A DNA stretch of 50,057 bases from a virus (IMGVR_UViG_3300046411_000702:1-50057), one strand, 5' to 3'; positions 8,740 through 18,888 are shown, counted from the first letter of the stretch. A program made the numbers and translations. Notes: generated by a model not told the origin, from the letters alone.

Positions 8740-9641
8740 TGCCTTTAAGTAGGATAAATGCACAATCACTAACAGATGCTTCAGTAGTAACTGCTGAGAT
8801 TGCTGATAATGCAGTAACGAGTGCAAAATTAACTTATCCTTTAACTGGATTTTCATCTACTGGTATTGATGACAATGCTGATGCTACAGCTATTACTATC
8901 ACAAGTGCTGAAAATGTTTTAATTGGTAAAACAAGTGCTGATAACACAACAGTAGGAGTAAGAATACAACCAGAAGGATTTGCCTCTTTTGCAAGAGATG
9001 GTAATTTTCCTTTATTATTAAATAGGAAATCTGATAATGGAACTATTCTTGATGTTCGTAAAGATGGTACTACTATAGGTCATATAGGTGTCCATGATGA
9101 TGATGGATTCTTTTTTACAAGAGGAGCAACCCAACAAGGAATAGTATTAAAAAACTCTTCTTTGATGCCTTGTCAATCAGATGGAAGTAATTCTGATGCT
9201 GACCAAGACTTAGGAATATCATCAGTAAGATGGAAAGACCTCTACCTATCAGGTGGTGCATTTATAGGTGGTACTGGTTCAGCTAATAAGCTAGACGATT
9301 ATGAAGAAGGAACTTGGACACCAAATTTTACTAATAAGAATAGTAGTGCAACTCAAGGGTCTTATACAAAAGTAGGAAATTTTGTTACTTGTACTTTTGA
9401 TCTTCAAGCTAATGGAACAAATACTGATGTAAATATAACTGGAGTGCCTTTTGCTATGTTAGTTGGTGCTGGTCAACGAGGTGGTGGACTTGCAACTTAT
9501 CAAAATAGAAATAGCACAGAAGTATGGACAGTAATTCCAGTTAGTTCATCTGCTATCAATCTTTATCATGGTGCAGCTTCAAGAACTCTTACTGCATCAG
9601 AAACTGCGATTGGTACTTTTTCTTTTTTTACAACGGCATAA
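8739..9641 (+). CDS. Fibre protein (paralogue of 9946-10902)
   Basis: IADNAVT repeats, GIDDNA, RWKDLYLS, LDDYEEGTWTP, YTKVG. Confidence 0.75.
   Translation: MPLSRINAQSLTDASVVTAEIADNAVTSAKLTYPLTGFSSTGIDDNADATAITITSAENVLIGKTSADNTTVGVRIQPEGFASFARDGNFPLLLNRKSDNGTILDVRKDGTTIGHIGVHDDDGFFFTRGATQQGIVLKNSSLMPCQSDGSNSDADQDLGISSVRWKDLYLSGGAFIGGTGSANKLDDYEEGTWTPNFTNKNSSATQGSYTKVGNFVTCTFDLQANGTNTDVNITGVPFAMLVGAGQRGGGLATYQNRNSTEVWTVIPVSSSAINLYHGAASRTLTASETAIGTFSFFTTA
9234..9310 (+). repeat. 77-bp imperfect direct repeat (second copy 10495-10571)
   Basis: aaagacctctacctatca...ggtggtactggttcagc...gacgattatgaagaagg is shared by the two fibre genes. Confidence 0.85.
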
Positions 9642-9654
9642 TTAGGAGCAAACA

Positions 9655-9945
9655 ATGGCAATAACAAAAGAAGCAGTAATAGAAAAAATAGAAGTGGTAC
9701 AATCTTGGAATGTCCAAGTAGCTACTGATACAGTAATCAAAGAAGATGGTACTGAAATTAGTAGGTCAAGGCATAGGCACGTTTTAGTACCATTCTCATC
9801 ATCAAAAGATACAGATGACAAGTGGACTCATACTGATACTGATATTTCAGGTGAATCATCAGAGGTTCAGGCAGTTGCTAACGCAGTTTGGACAGATACA
9901 GTAAAAGCTAATTATAAAACATTTGTAGAAAGCCAAGAGGTATAA
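9655..9945 (+). CDS. Small fibre partner/assembly protein
   Basis: IEVV..VQV..IKEDG.EISRS.HRHVL..VWT; AGGAG SD; role inferred from position. Confidence 0.65.
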   Translation: MAITKEAVIEKIEVVQSWNVQVATDTVIKEDGTEISRSRHRHVLVPFSSSKDTDDKWTHTDTDISGESSEVQAVANAVWTDTVKANYKTFVESQEV

Positions 9946-10902
9946 ATGCCATTATCTACCATTGGTACAAATCAAATAGCAGATGGTGCTATAGCAGTAG
10001 CAGATGTAGCAGATGGTTCTATAACAACTGCAAAGATTGCTGACAATGCAGTTACAACTGCTAAAGTAGACCCTGCACAAACTGATATTACTTCTGTAGG
10101 AACGCTTACAAGCTTTAGGTCAACAGGAATTGATGACAATGCTGATGGGTTGGCGATTACCATTGATAGTTCTGAGAATGTTATGGTTGGTAAGACTTCA
10201 ACTAATTTTCAAACTGTGGGAGTAGAAGCTAAGACAAATGGAAGTCTACATGCAACTGCTGACCAAAACAATCCAATAGTTGCTGTTAGGAAAACAAATG
10301 ATGGTAAGATACAAGCATTTTACAAAGATTCTACAGAAATAGGTTATATTGGGAATGCAGGTGCTAGACTATTTATCAACAGTGGAAATGTAGGATTAAA
10401 TTTTGCAGGTGATGGGTCAAATCAAATTTTACCATCTAATGCAGGTGCTAACAGGGATGGTCAAATAGATTTAGGAACAACTAATGTCAGATTTAAAGAC
10501 CTCTACCTATCAAGTGGTGTATTCTTAGGTGGTACTGGTTCAGCAAATCAGCTTGACGATTATGAAGAAGGCACTTTCACTCCTGCATTTACTAATGCTC
10601 CGTCAAGTGGCACTGTAAGTTCTTTATCAGGTAATTATACAAAAATAGGTAGATTAGTATATATACAGATACTTGTGCAAGGTTCTGGTTTTGCCATAGC
10701 ATCTTATGCTAGAATACAAGGGTTACCATTTTCTGCCTCAGATGATTCTAATACTGGGACTTATATAATGGGTTCAATAGCCACAAGAGGACATGGTTGG
10801 ACAAGTCTTGCTTCAGGTACTACTCAATTGTATTTGAGTACCTCTGGCACTGTGTCAAGTAATAATCAAATTAATGTATCAGCATTATATAGAGCTTCAT
10901 AA
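9946..10902 (+). CDS. Fibre protein (paralogue of 8739-9641)
   Basis: Same motif series: GIDDNA, RFKDLYLS, LDDYEEGTFTP, YTKIG. Confidence 0.75.
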   Translation: MPLSTIGTNQIADGAIAVADVADGSITTAKIADNAVTTAKVDPAQTDITSVGTLTSFRSTGIDDNADGLAITIDSSENVMVGKTSTNFQTVGVEAKTNGSLHATADQNNPIVAVRKTNDGKIQAFYKDSTEIGYIGNAGARLFINSGNVGLNFAGDGSNQILPSNAGANRDGQIDLGTTNVRFKDLYLSSGVFLGGTGSANQLDDYEEGTFTPAFTNAPSSGTVSSLSGNYTKIGRLVYIQILVQGSGFAIASYARIQGLPFSASDDSNTGTYIMGSIATRGHGWTSLASGTTQLYLSTSGTVSSNNQINVSALYRAS

Positions 10903-10916
10903 AAAAGGAGATAAAA

Positions 10917-10967
10917 ATGGCAATAACATTGATTATAACAACTAAGATGAGAAAGCCAAGTAAATGA
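10917..10967 (+). pseudogene. 16-codon remnant of a second copy of the 9655 gene
   Basis: AAGGAG SD, starts ATGGCAATAACA as 9655 does, contains GAAAGCCAAG as at the 9655 3' end; its stop overlaps ATG 10964. Confidence 0.55.
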
Positions 10968-12358
10968 GTAATGCTCGTAATTTAGCTAATTTATTAAATA
11001 CTGACACAACCATAGCTACTGCTGATGTAGCCAATGGTGGTATTACTACTGCTAAACTAGCAGATGACGCAGTAACCTCAGCTAAATTAGATACTAATAT
11101 CGCTATAGGTGGTACTTTAGGTGTAACTGGAGAAACTACTTTAGCTACACATCTTAATCTTGGAGATGATGATAAGATAAAACTTGGTGCAAGTGGTGAT
11201 TTAGAAATTTATCATGATGGTAGTAATTCATATGTAGATGATACTGGAACTGGAGATTTACGGCTTAGAGGAAATGACCAAGTTAGAATACAGAAATATA
11301 CTGGCGAAAATATGATCACTTGTAACGTAGATGATGGGGTACAATTATATCATGACAATGTAGAAAAATTTGTAACGACTTCAGGTGGAGCAAAAGTAAC
11401 TGGTGACCTTGAAGTTACTGATGACATTGATTTAAATTCTGATGGAGCAAAAATAACCTTTGGTGGCTCAAGTGAAACAATAACTCTTGAGCATGTTGCT
11501 GATACTGGTCTTATATTACAAGGAAGTGGAACAAACACACAATTAAGTCTTTTATCATTTCATACATCAAATGGCACAATACCAGATTTAAGACTTGGAA
11601 AATCAAGTAGTAATACAGTAGGAACATTTGCAGAAACAGCAAATGGAGAATCAATAGGTCAAATAAGATTTACTGGTCAAGATTCTAATAATGGCACAAG
11701 AAGTGCTGGGCAAATTTCTGTAATACAATCTGCTAATTCAACAGGTTCTACTGTTCCTGCATTTATGAGATTTGATAATAGTGGTTCAGAACGTATGCGT
11801 ATAGTTGATGAAGGTCTTTTAATAAACACTACTGATACTATGCATACTGGTGTTCCATGTGCTTTAGAGGTCTTTCAACACTCTGGTAGTGGTTTTGTAG
11901 CAAGATTTAAAGGTGGAACTGCTGGTAATGAAGTTATGGCAGTACATAACTTTGCCACAAGTGGTACAAGACTATTAATAGCATTTAAAACTAGTGGTAG
12001 TACTGGTACACTTGTTGGTCGTATTACAAGTGATGGTTCTACAACAAATTATGCAACATCTAGTGACTACAGATTAAAAGAAAATGTAACCTATGATTTT
12101 GATGCCACAACTAGACTTAAACAGCTTAAACCTGCAAGATTTAATTGGATTGCAGATGAAGATAATAAAACAGTAGATGGTTTCATTGCCCACGAAGTAT
12201 CAAGTATAGTGCCTGAAGCAGTCAATGGCGAGAAAGATGCAGTAGATGCAGATGGTAATATTGACCCACAAGGCATTGACCAAAGCAAACTTGTGCCTTT
12301 ACTCGTTAAGACCATACAAGAATTAGAAGCAAGAATAACAGTATTGGAGACTGCATGA
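10964..12358 (+). CDS. Fibre with C-terminal peptidase S74 intramolecular chaperone
   Basis: TSSDYRLKE..LKP.RF..GFIAHEV..PEA followed by a coiled coil. Confidence 0.85.
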   Translation: MSNARNLANLLNTDTTIATADVANGGITTAKLADDAVTSAKLDTNIAIGGTLGVTGETTLATHLNLGDDDKIKLGASGDLEIYHDGSNSYVDDTGTGDLRLRGNDQVRIQKYTGENMITCNVDDGVQLYHDNVEKFVTTSGGAKVTGDLEVTDDIDLNSDGAKITFGGSSETITLEHVADTGLILQGSGTNTQLSLLSFHTSNGTIPDLRLGKSSSNTVGTFAETANGESIGQIRFTGQDSNNGTRSAGQISVIQSANSTGSTVPAFMRFDNSGSERMRIVDEGLLINTTDTMHTGVPCALEVFQHSGSGFVARFKGGTAGNEVMAVHNFATSGTRLLIAFKTSGSTGTLVGRITSDGSTTNYATSSDYRLKENVTYDFDATTRLKQLKPARFNWIADEDNKTVDGFIAHEVSSIVPEAVNGEKDAVDADGNIDPQGIDQSKLVPLLVKTIQELEARITVLETA

Positions 12359-13808
12359 GTTATTTAGGCAATAATCCAAATAAAGGCTCATTCTTCCAAC
12401 AAAAGTTGGCAGGAGATGGCTCTACAACATCTTTTACTTTATTACAATCTGTTACTGATGGTTCACAATTATTAGTAACTATAGGTAATGTTATTCAAGA
12501 AGAAGGTAATGGAAAAGCTTATACTGCATCAGGTGCTACTCTTACATTTGATTCTGCCCCTACTAATGGTGATGTAATAGTTGTTAGATACTTAGGTAGA
12601 TCACTAGATACACCAACAACTTATGCTACACAGATAACTTTTAAATATGTTGCTACTAATGGGCAAACTGCTTTTACTGGTTCAGATGCGAATGGAATTA
12701 CACTTTCTTATACGATTGGTAGTGTAGATGTATATTTAAATGGTGTACACTTAGATACTACTGATTTTACAGAAACGAATGAAAGCACGATTACATTAGC
12801 ATCAGGAGCAACAACTAGTGATGAGGTGGTAATAGTAGCCAAGAGGACTATAACCCTAGCTGACGTCGTTCCTAAGAGTGCAGGAGGTACTTTTGCAGGT
12901 AATGTTATAGCAGGTGGCAATCTTACAGTTAATGGTGCTTTTACTTCTCAAGGGATTGACGATAATGCTAATGCTATAGCTATAACTATAGATAGTGATG
13001 AAGATATTACAATCACTAAACAAGGCACTAATACAACTGATTTAAGATTTGCTAATAGTACTAACGATTTTGGTGGTAATATTAAATACGACCACAATAG
13101 TGGTATAATGAAATTTGATGTTCATAATTCTGAACGTATGCGTATTGATGCTTCAGGAAATTTAGGTATTGGTACTACTCCAACTGCTAAGTTATCGTTA
13201 CCTGCACAAGCATCAGGAGATAGTGGTGTTGCTCGTTTTGCTATAGAAAGTGCTGTTGATTCAAATGATTTTACTATTGCTCAATATGAAGATAGCAATG
13301 GAACGTATACACAAATTGGTCAAAATGTTTCTCTTAATAGTGGAGGAAGCACTACTGTTTTAGATAGTGGTCATAAAACTGCATCTATGTTTTTTGATGG
13401 TAGGGGTAATGGTGCATTAATGTTTCATACTGGTGGAACTAATGCTAATTCTGAACGTATGCGTATTGATTCGTCAGGCAATGTCATTATTGGGGAAACC
13501 TCACAAATAAATGGTGGTAATCTAAACCTTGCGACATCTGCTTCAGATGCAGTGCTATCTTTTTTGTGTAGGTCAACAACAGACTCACATCACCCTAAAA
13601 TAATAATGCAAAAATCATCAACTAATAGTGGTAACTTTGCATCAACAGCAGATGGAGAATTATTAGGAAGTATAATATTTAGAGGTGTAAACACTTCTTC
13701 TGTTTCAGATATTGGTGCTCAGATAATTGCTGTGCAAAATGGAACATCAAGTTCAACAGTGCCTACTGATTTAGTTTTTAATACAACTGAAAATGAACGT
13801 ATGCGTAT
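11789..13808 (+). repeat. Four exact copies of GAACGTATGCGTAT (ERMRI)
   Basis: Copies start at 11789, 13132, 13453 and 13795; the middle two share 25 identical bases. Confidence 0.85.
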
Positions 13809-14445
13809 TACTGACGGTGGCAATGTAATAGTACATAGCGATCTTTGTGTAGGTACATCTACTGCTGATGGGAAGATAACTGTTTCAGGTAGTACTAATC
13901 CACTTGTAAGATTTACACATACACAAAATGCTAATGAAAAGTTATTAATACTAACACACACCTATGCTAGTGGCAGTCAAGAAGCAACAATGATTGAATT
14001 TCGTGATTCAGGTGGAACTATAAGAGGTTCTATTAAAACAAGTAGTTTTGGAACAAGTTATGCTACATCTTCAGACTACAGATTAAAAGAATCAATTACA
14101 TACGACTTTGATGCTACTACAAGATTAAAGCAATTAAAGCCATGTAGATTTAACTTTATAGGAGTTGCAGATAATACTGTTGATGGCTTCTTAGCACATG
14201 AGGTGTCAAGCATTGTACCAGAAGCTATAATTGGTGATAAAGATGCTATGACAGAAGAAGTCCTTTATGTTGATGGTGATGAAATACCTGATGGTAAAAA
14301 GATTGGTGATGTAAAAGAAGCGTCAGTGATTGACCCACAAGGAATAGATCAATCTAAAATTGTGCCTTTACTCACAAAGGCATTTCAAGAAGCATTAGCA
14401 AGAATAGATACACTTGAAGCAGAAGTAAAAGCACTTAAAGGATAG
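12355..14445 (+). CDS. Fibre with C-terminal peptidase S74 chaperone
   Basis: YLGN..GDGSTT.FTL N-terminus, GIDDNA, three ERMRI, TSSDYRLKE. Confidence 0.85.
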   Translation: MSYLGNNPNKGSFFQQKLAGDGSTTSFTLLQSVTDGSQLLVTIGNVIQEEGNGKAYTASGATLTFDSAPTNGDVIVVRYLGRSLDTPTTYATQITFKYVATNGQTAFTGSDANGITLSYTIGSVDVYLNGVHLDTTDFTETNESTITLASGATTSDEVVIVAKRTITLADVVPKSAGGTFAGNVIAGGNLTVNGAFTSQGIDDNANAIAITIDSDEDITITKQGTNTTDLRFANSTNDFGGNIKYDHNSGIMKFDVHNSERMRIDASGNLGIGTTPTAKLSLPAQASGDSGVARFAIESAVDSNDFTIAQYEDSNGTYTQIGQNVSLNSGGSTTVLDSGHKTASMFFDGRGNGALMFHTGGTNANSERMRIDSSGNVIIGETSQINGGNLNLATSASDAVLSFLCRSTTDSHHPKIIMQKSSTNSGNFASTADGELLGSIIFRGVNTSSVSDIGAQIIAVQNGTSSSTVPTDLVFNTTENERMRITDGGNVIVHSDLCVGTSTADGKITVSGSTNPLVRFTHTQNANEKLLILTHTYASGSQEATMIEFRDSGGTIRGSIKTSSFGTSYATSSDYRLKESITYDFDATTRLKQLKPCRFNFIGVADNTVDGFLAHEVSSIVPEAIIGDKDAMTEEVLYVDGDEIPDGKKIGDVKEASVIDPQGIDQSKIVPLLTKAFQEALARIDTLEAEVKALKG

Positions 14446-14448
14446 TTA

Positions 14449-16410
14449 ATGGCATATTTAGGAAATACACCATCTGAAACATTTCATCAGGCAACTAGCC
14501 AAGTATTCAATGGCGATGGTAGTACAACTGCTTTTACTTTAGAAAAAAGAGTTAACAGAGCAGAGGAAATAGAAGTATTTGTAAATAATATTCAGCAACA
14601 ACCAACAGTTGCATACTCTGCCAATAATACTACTTTAACATTTACAGAAGCACCTGATAGTGCAACTGGTAATATCTATGTAGTTTATAGAATGTTTGCA
14701 CAACAAAACACATTCAATGCCTTACATGATTTTACAGATGCAGTAACTATGGCTAGTACGTTAGCCGTTACTGGCAATACTACAATGGCAGGTACTTTGG
14801 GGGTTACTGGAAATACAACAGTAACTGGCTCTGTAATCACATCAACTGGTTTTTCAGTTGGAAATACTGCTGTATTAGGTCAGGAAATAGATGTTTCAAG
14901 TGGAGATTTTACACTTGACGTAGCAGGGGATATAATCCTTGATGCTGATGGTGGAGATGTAAAAATTAATGATGGTGGTTCAGCAAGATTTCATATTCTT
15001 ACAAGTGCTACAGAAACACAGCTTTTCAATCAAGTACAAGATGCAGATATTGTTTTCAAAGGAGATGATGGTGGTTCAGCCATAACTGCACTTACTCTTG
15101 ATATGTCAGATGCAGGTTCTGCTTATTTTAATGGTAATATATATTTTGCTGAATATTTAACTCATGCAGGTGATACTGATACATATTTACAGTATACTAC
15201 AAATCAAATTGACCTTTTTGCAGGAAATAAAAGGGGAATAACTCTTACAGCTAATGAAGTTATTATTAATCAAAATGGTGTAGATTTAGACTTTAATGTT
15301 GAAACAGATAATGACACTAGTACACTTTTTGTTCAAGGTAGCTCAGATCGCGTGGGCATTGGGACTCCATCTCCTGATGATAGATTTCATGTAAAATTAT
15401 CTAGTGGTCAAAGAGTAGCTAGATTTGAAAGCAATGATAATACTTCAGCACACATAGCATTTAAAGCACCAAACACATCTTTGATGCCAACTGTAGGTGT
15501 AAAAGATGAGGTTTTATATTTCAGTACTGGAGATAGTTATGAAAGAGCAAGAATTTTAGGACCTAGTACTTCTCATAGTGGATTTTTCAAGATATCAGAT
15601 TCAGGAAGTTATCAGGGTAGTACTGGGGCTTTTCATGAGATTCGTTCTTCTAGTAGTAACCAATCAGGAGTTGTTATTGGTGCGTCACACGCAAGTTTTT
15701 CAGCTAATGTTATTTCAATAATTACTCAGAGAGCAAATAGTAGTAGTTTTCGTTATATTCAAGGCTTATCAAGCAATACTGGAGATACAGACTACAGCGT
15801 AAGAGGAGATGGCGAAGTCTTTGCTGATGGTTCTTTTAACTCAGGTGGTGCTGACTATGCTGAAATGTTTGAATGGAAAGATGGCAACACAAGTTCAGAA
15901 GATAGAGTAGGCAAGACAGTCGTTCTTGATGGAAATCAAATAAGGCTATCTACAAGTGATGATGCACAAGCAACTATTATAGGTGTTGTTTCTGCAAGAC
16001 CAGTAGTTCTTGGAGATGCACAAAGCGACAAATGGAAAGATAAATATGAAACAGACAGCTATGGCAGATATGTTTTTGAGGAATACACACAAACAGAATG
16101 GACAATAGAAACTGATGATGGTGCTAAAGAATTAAAGTCATATCAAACAGATATGATACCAAGTGACGTTACTGTTCCTGATGATGCAATAGTTACATCT
16201 AAAGATCAAAATGGTGATAATCTCAAAAGAAGAAAACTTAATTCATCATTTGATGCAAGTAAAACCTATATTCCTAGAGAAGATAGAAAAGAGTTTAGTG
16301 CCATAGGACTAGTTGGAAAACTTAGAGTCGCTGTTGGTCAAACTATAGGCGATAGATGGATTAAGATGAGAGAAATATCTGATACAGTACATGAATATTT
16401 AGTAAGATAA
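14449..16410 (+). CDS. Fibre with C-terminal peptidase G2-like autocleaving chaperone
   Basis: YLGN..GDGSTT.FTL N-terminus; GADYAEMFEW, IGVVS, GLVGKLRV. Confidence 0.8.
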   Translation: MAYLGNTPSETFHQATSQVFNGDGSTTAFTLEKRVNRAEEIEVFVNNIQQQPTVAYSANNTTLTFTEAPDSATGNIYVVYRMFAQQNTFNALHDFTDAVTMASTLAVTGNTTMAGTLGVTGNTTVTGSVITSTGFSVGNTAVLGQEIDVSSGDFTLDVAGDIILDADGGDVKINDGGSARFHILTSATETQLFNQVQDADIVFKGDDGGSAITALTLDMSDAGSAYFNGNIYFAEYLTHAGDTDTYLQYTTNQIDLFAGNKRGITLTANEVIINQNGVDLDFNVETDNDTSTLFVQGSSDRVGIGTPSPDDRFHVKLSSGQRVARFESNDNTSAHIAFKAPNTSLMPTVGVKDEVLYFSTGDSYERARILGPSTSHSGFFKISDSGSYQGSTGAFHEIRSSSSNQSGVVIGASHASFSANVISIITQRANSSSFRYIQGLSSNTGDTDYSVRGDGEVFADGSFNSGGADYAEMFEWKDGNTSSEDRVGKTVVLDGNQIRLSTSDDAQATIIGVVSARPVVLGDAQSDKWKDKYETDSYGRYVFEEYTQTEWTIETDDGAKELKSYQTDMIPSDVTVPDDAIVTSKDQNGDNLKRRKLNSSFDASKTYIPREDRKEFSAIGLVGKLRVAVGQTIGDRWIKMREISDTVHEYLVR

Positions 16411-16431
16411 CAACCTTAGAAGGAAAATAAA

Positions 16432-16635
16432 ATGGAAACTATAGACATAGTAATACACAAGGCATTAACATCAGCTTTGCAAGAGCAAAGAGACAGAGCC
16501 ATGAATGAAGCTTGTAATGCAAAAGCAGAAATGCTTATACTAAGAGAAGAAAAGACTGAATTAGAAAAAAAGGTTGAAGAACTTAACAATCAATTAGGTA
16601 ATGTAGTATCTATGGATAAAAAAGAGAAAAAATAA
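16432..16635 (+). CDS. Coiled-coil protein
   Basis: LQEQRDRAMN heptad pattern; SD present. Confidence 0.65.
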   Translation: METIDIVIHKALTSALQEQRDRAMNEACNAKAEMLILREEKTELEKKVEELNNQLGNVVSMDKKEKK

Positions 16636-17297
16636 TGGCAGGACTTACTACTGTTTCACAAGCACAACAACATGCTATAACTTATAGTGAGGCATCAGAG
16701 TATTTAAGACTAGATGAGCAACAAGACGTTGACCTTATTCGTTCTCTGATAAGAAGTGCAACTAATTATGTTGAGACCTATACAGGTAGATCATTAATAA
16801 ATAGAACATTGAAATACTCTATTGATCATTTAAACGAGGTTGACCTTCCTTTGCATGAGGGCATGAGGACAGGTGCAGATATTAGTATAAGACAAAGACA
16901 CCTTGAATTACCTAAACCACCAGTTTCCTCTGTAACAAGTATAATTACATTTGATGACAGTGATAATGCTACAACTTTTGCTTCGTCAAAATATTATGTT
17001 GATAATCAGAGAGAGCCTGCAAGAATAATCCTAAGAACTGGAGAGGTATTCCCTACAGCTCTAAGGGTAGGTAATGCTGTTGAGGTCACATATGTATCTG
17101 GTTATGGCTCTGCAGGTTCAAGTGTTCCAGAGGCTATGAGATTAGCTATGCTTCAATTCGTAACGTTTAATTATGAACACAGAGGTGATACTGAGGGAAA
17201 AACACCTATGTTGCCACAAAATATAAGATCATTTTTAGACCCATTTAAAGTATTAAACTTTTCAAGAAACCCTTTTGGTGGTTATGGTGGGTATTAG
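16635..17297 (+). CDS. Head-tail connector (HK97 gp6 / phiE125 gp8-like)
   Basis: EYLRLD, LIRSA..VE.YTGR.L, PVSSV.SI, Y.SGYG, VPE, YEHR. Confidence 0.88.
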   Translation: MAGLTTVSQAQQHAITYSEASEYLRLDEQQDVDLIRSLIRSATNYVETYTGRSLINRTLKYSIDHLNEVDLPLHEGMRTGADISIRQRHLELPKPPVSSVTSIITFDDSDNATTFASSKYYVDNQREPARIILRTGEVFPTALRVGNAVEVTYVSGYGSAGSSVPEAMRLAMLQFVTFNYEHRGDTEGKTPMLPQNIRSFLDPFKVLNFSRNPFGGYGGY

Positions 17298-17635
17298 TGT
17301 CAGTAGGTTCATTAAACAGAAGATTACACTTTCAAACACAAACTAGAACTTCAGATGGTGGTGGAAGTCAAGCAGTAGCTTTTTCTGATAGCTTTTCTAC
17401 GTTTGGTAAAATCACCCCAAAGACAGGACAAGAAACTCAGTTTGGAGATCAGTTAGAGGAAAGAATAACCCATATCATAACTATAAGGCATAGGATTGAC
17501 GTCAATCACAGATTAAGAATCCAATACAGACCTACTAATAGTACAACAAGAATATTTAACATAAAAAGAGTTTTATCAAGAGATGATAAAAAAAAATACC
17601 TAGATATTCAATGTGTTGAGGGTGTTGCAACTTAA
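17297..17635 (+). CDS. Head-tail adaptor (SPP1 gp16-like)
   Basis: G.LN.R..Q..DGGG, TH.ITIR, FNI; GTG start. Confidence 0.85.
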   Translation: MSVGSLNRRLHFQTQTRTSDGGGSQAVAFSDSFSTFGKITPKTGQETQFGDQLEERITHIITIRHRIDVNHRLRIQYRPTNSTTRIFNIKRVLSRDDKKKYLDIQCVEGVAT

Positions 17636-18045
17636 TGGCTAATGTAACAGTAAAAATTAAAAGTATTAAACCTAAATATGATGCTTCATTTAAAGGTTAT
17701 GATAAAGAATTAAAAAAACTAGTAAAATTTGCAGTCAATGATGTAAGAAACTTTGCTGTTCAAAATATTGCACAAGGTGTTAAATCAGGAAAAATTAGAC
17801 GAGATGGTAGTAGGGCTTCTGCATCTGGTGAGTTTCCTGCCACGGATCAAGGTACATTAATACAAAATATTACAGGTATTATAGCTCCTTTAGGTCTTTC
17901 AGGCACAGTTGAAAGTAAGGCTAACTATTCATCTTTTTTAGAGTTTGGGACTTCAAGTATGGGGGCAAGACCTTTTTTACAGCCCTCGTTGGAGCAAGTA
18001 AGACCTAAAATAAAAAGATTAATAGCTAGAATTAAAGGTATATAA
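17635..18045 (+). CDS. HK97 gp10-like tail completion protein
   Basis: PATDQG.L, YSSFLEFGT..M.ARPFL.P. Confidence 0.88.
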   Translation: MANVTVKIKSIKPKYDASFKGYDKELKKLVKFAVNDVRNFAVQNIAQGVKSGKIRRDGSRASASGEFPATDQGTLIQNITGIIAPLGLSGTVESKANYSSFLEFGTSSMGARPFLQPSLEQVRPKIKRLIARIKGI

Positions 18046-18458
18046 TGGCATTACATAGTTTCGCACTTCAACAAGGTATATTCACAAAGCTTTCATCTGG
18101 AACATTGACTGACGTTGACGGCACAAGCATTACAAGTAAAGTGTTTGATGATGTTCCTGAGGGAACAGGATACCCATATGTTGTAATTGGAGAGGAAACT
18201 GCAACTAATCAAGGCACGAAAGATAAAGATGCAAATGAACATACTTTGACTATGCACGTTTGGTCTCAATATAGGGGAAGAAAAGAGATTAAGAATATTA
18301 TGAGTCAAATATATACAAGTCTACATAATAGTGCTATAAATTTAAGTGGAGCGACTTTAGTAAATATCAGACATGAGTTTGAGCAAACTTTATTAGAGTC
18401 TGATGGTTTAACACGACATGGAGTCATGCGATTTCGTGCTGTAGTATTTGATAACTAA
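18045..18458 (+). CDS. Tail terminator (DUF3168-like)
   Basis: VFDDVP..YPYVVIG, HVWS..G, HGVMRFRA. Confidence 0.85.
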   Translation: MALHSFALQQGIFTKLSSGTLTDVDGTSITSKVFDDVPEGTGYPYVVIGEETATNQGTKDKDANEHTLTMHVWSQYRGRKEIKNIMSQIYTSLHNSAINLSGATLVNIRHEFEQTLLESDGLTRHGVMRFRAVVFDN

Positions 18459-18473
18459 TAAAAGGAGAAAAAG

Positions 18474-18878
18474 ATGAGTGCACAAAGAGGTGGGGCTTTA
18501 CTTTTAAAAATGGATATTAGTGGAACGATGACTACAATAGGAGGTCTGCGTTCAACTTCTATCACAATAAATGACGAAGCAGTTGACATAACTAATAAAG
18601 ATAGTGGTTCTTCAAGAACTTTACTGCCCTCTGGAGGGGTTTTAAGTATGTCTATATCAGCTTCAGGTGTTTTTACTGATGCGACTTCAGAAACAACTTT
18701 GAGGTCAAAAGTACACCAATCAACATTTGAATCTTATAATGTCGTTATTCCAGATTTAGGTACATACGCAGGCACATTCATGATTGCAAGTCTTGAATAT
18801 GCAGGAGAATTTAATGGCGAAGTCACATATTCTATTACATTAGAGTCAAGTGGTGCTATTACGTTCACATCTGCATAA
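18474..18878 (+). CDS. Major tail tube protein (TP901-1/GTA-like)
   Basis: GGLRS, VDITNKDS, SGVF, LEYAGEFNGE.TY.L.SSG. Confidence 0.9.
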   Translation: MSAQRGGALLLKMDISGTMTTIGGLRSTSITINDEAVDITNKDSGSSRTLLPSGGVLSMSISASGVFTDATSETTLRSKVHQSTFESYNVVIPDLGTYAGTFMIASLEYAGEFNGEVTYSITLESSGAITFTSA

Positions 18879-18888
18879 GGAGTAAGAT

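Noticed and set aside
8739-14445. Repeats in fibre genes as a diversity-generating retroelement or invertible cassette
   Set aside because: No reverse transcriptase or invertase; differences between copies are not adenine-specific and all copies are direct and coding.
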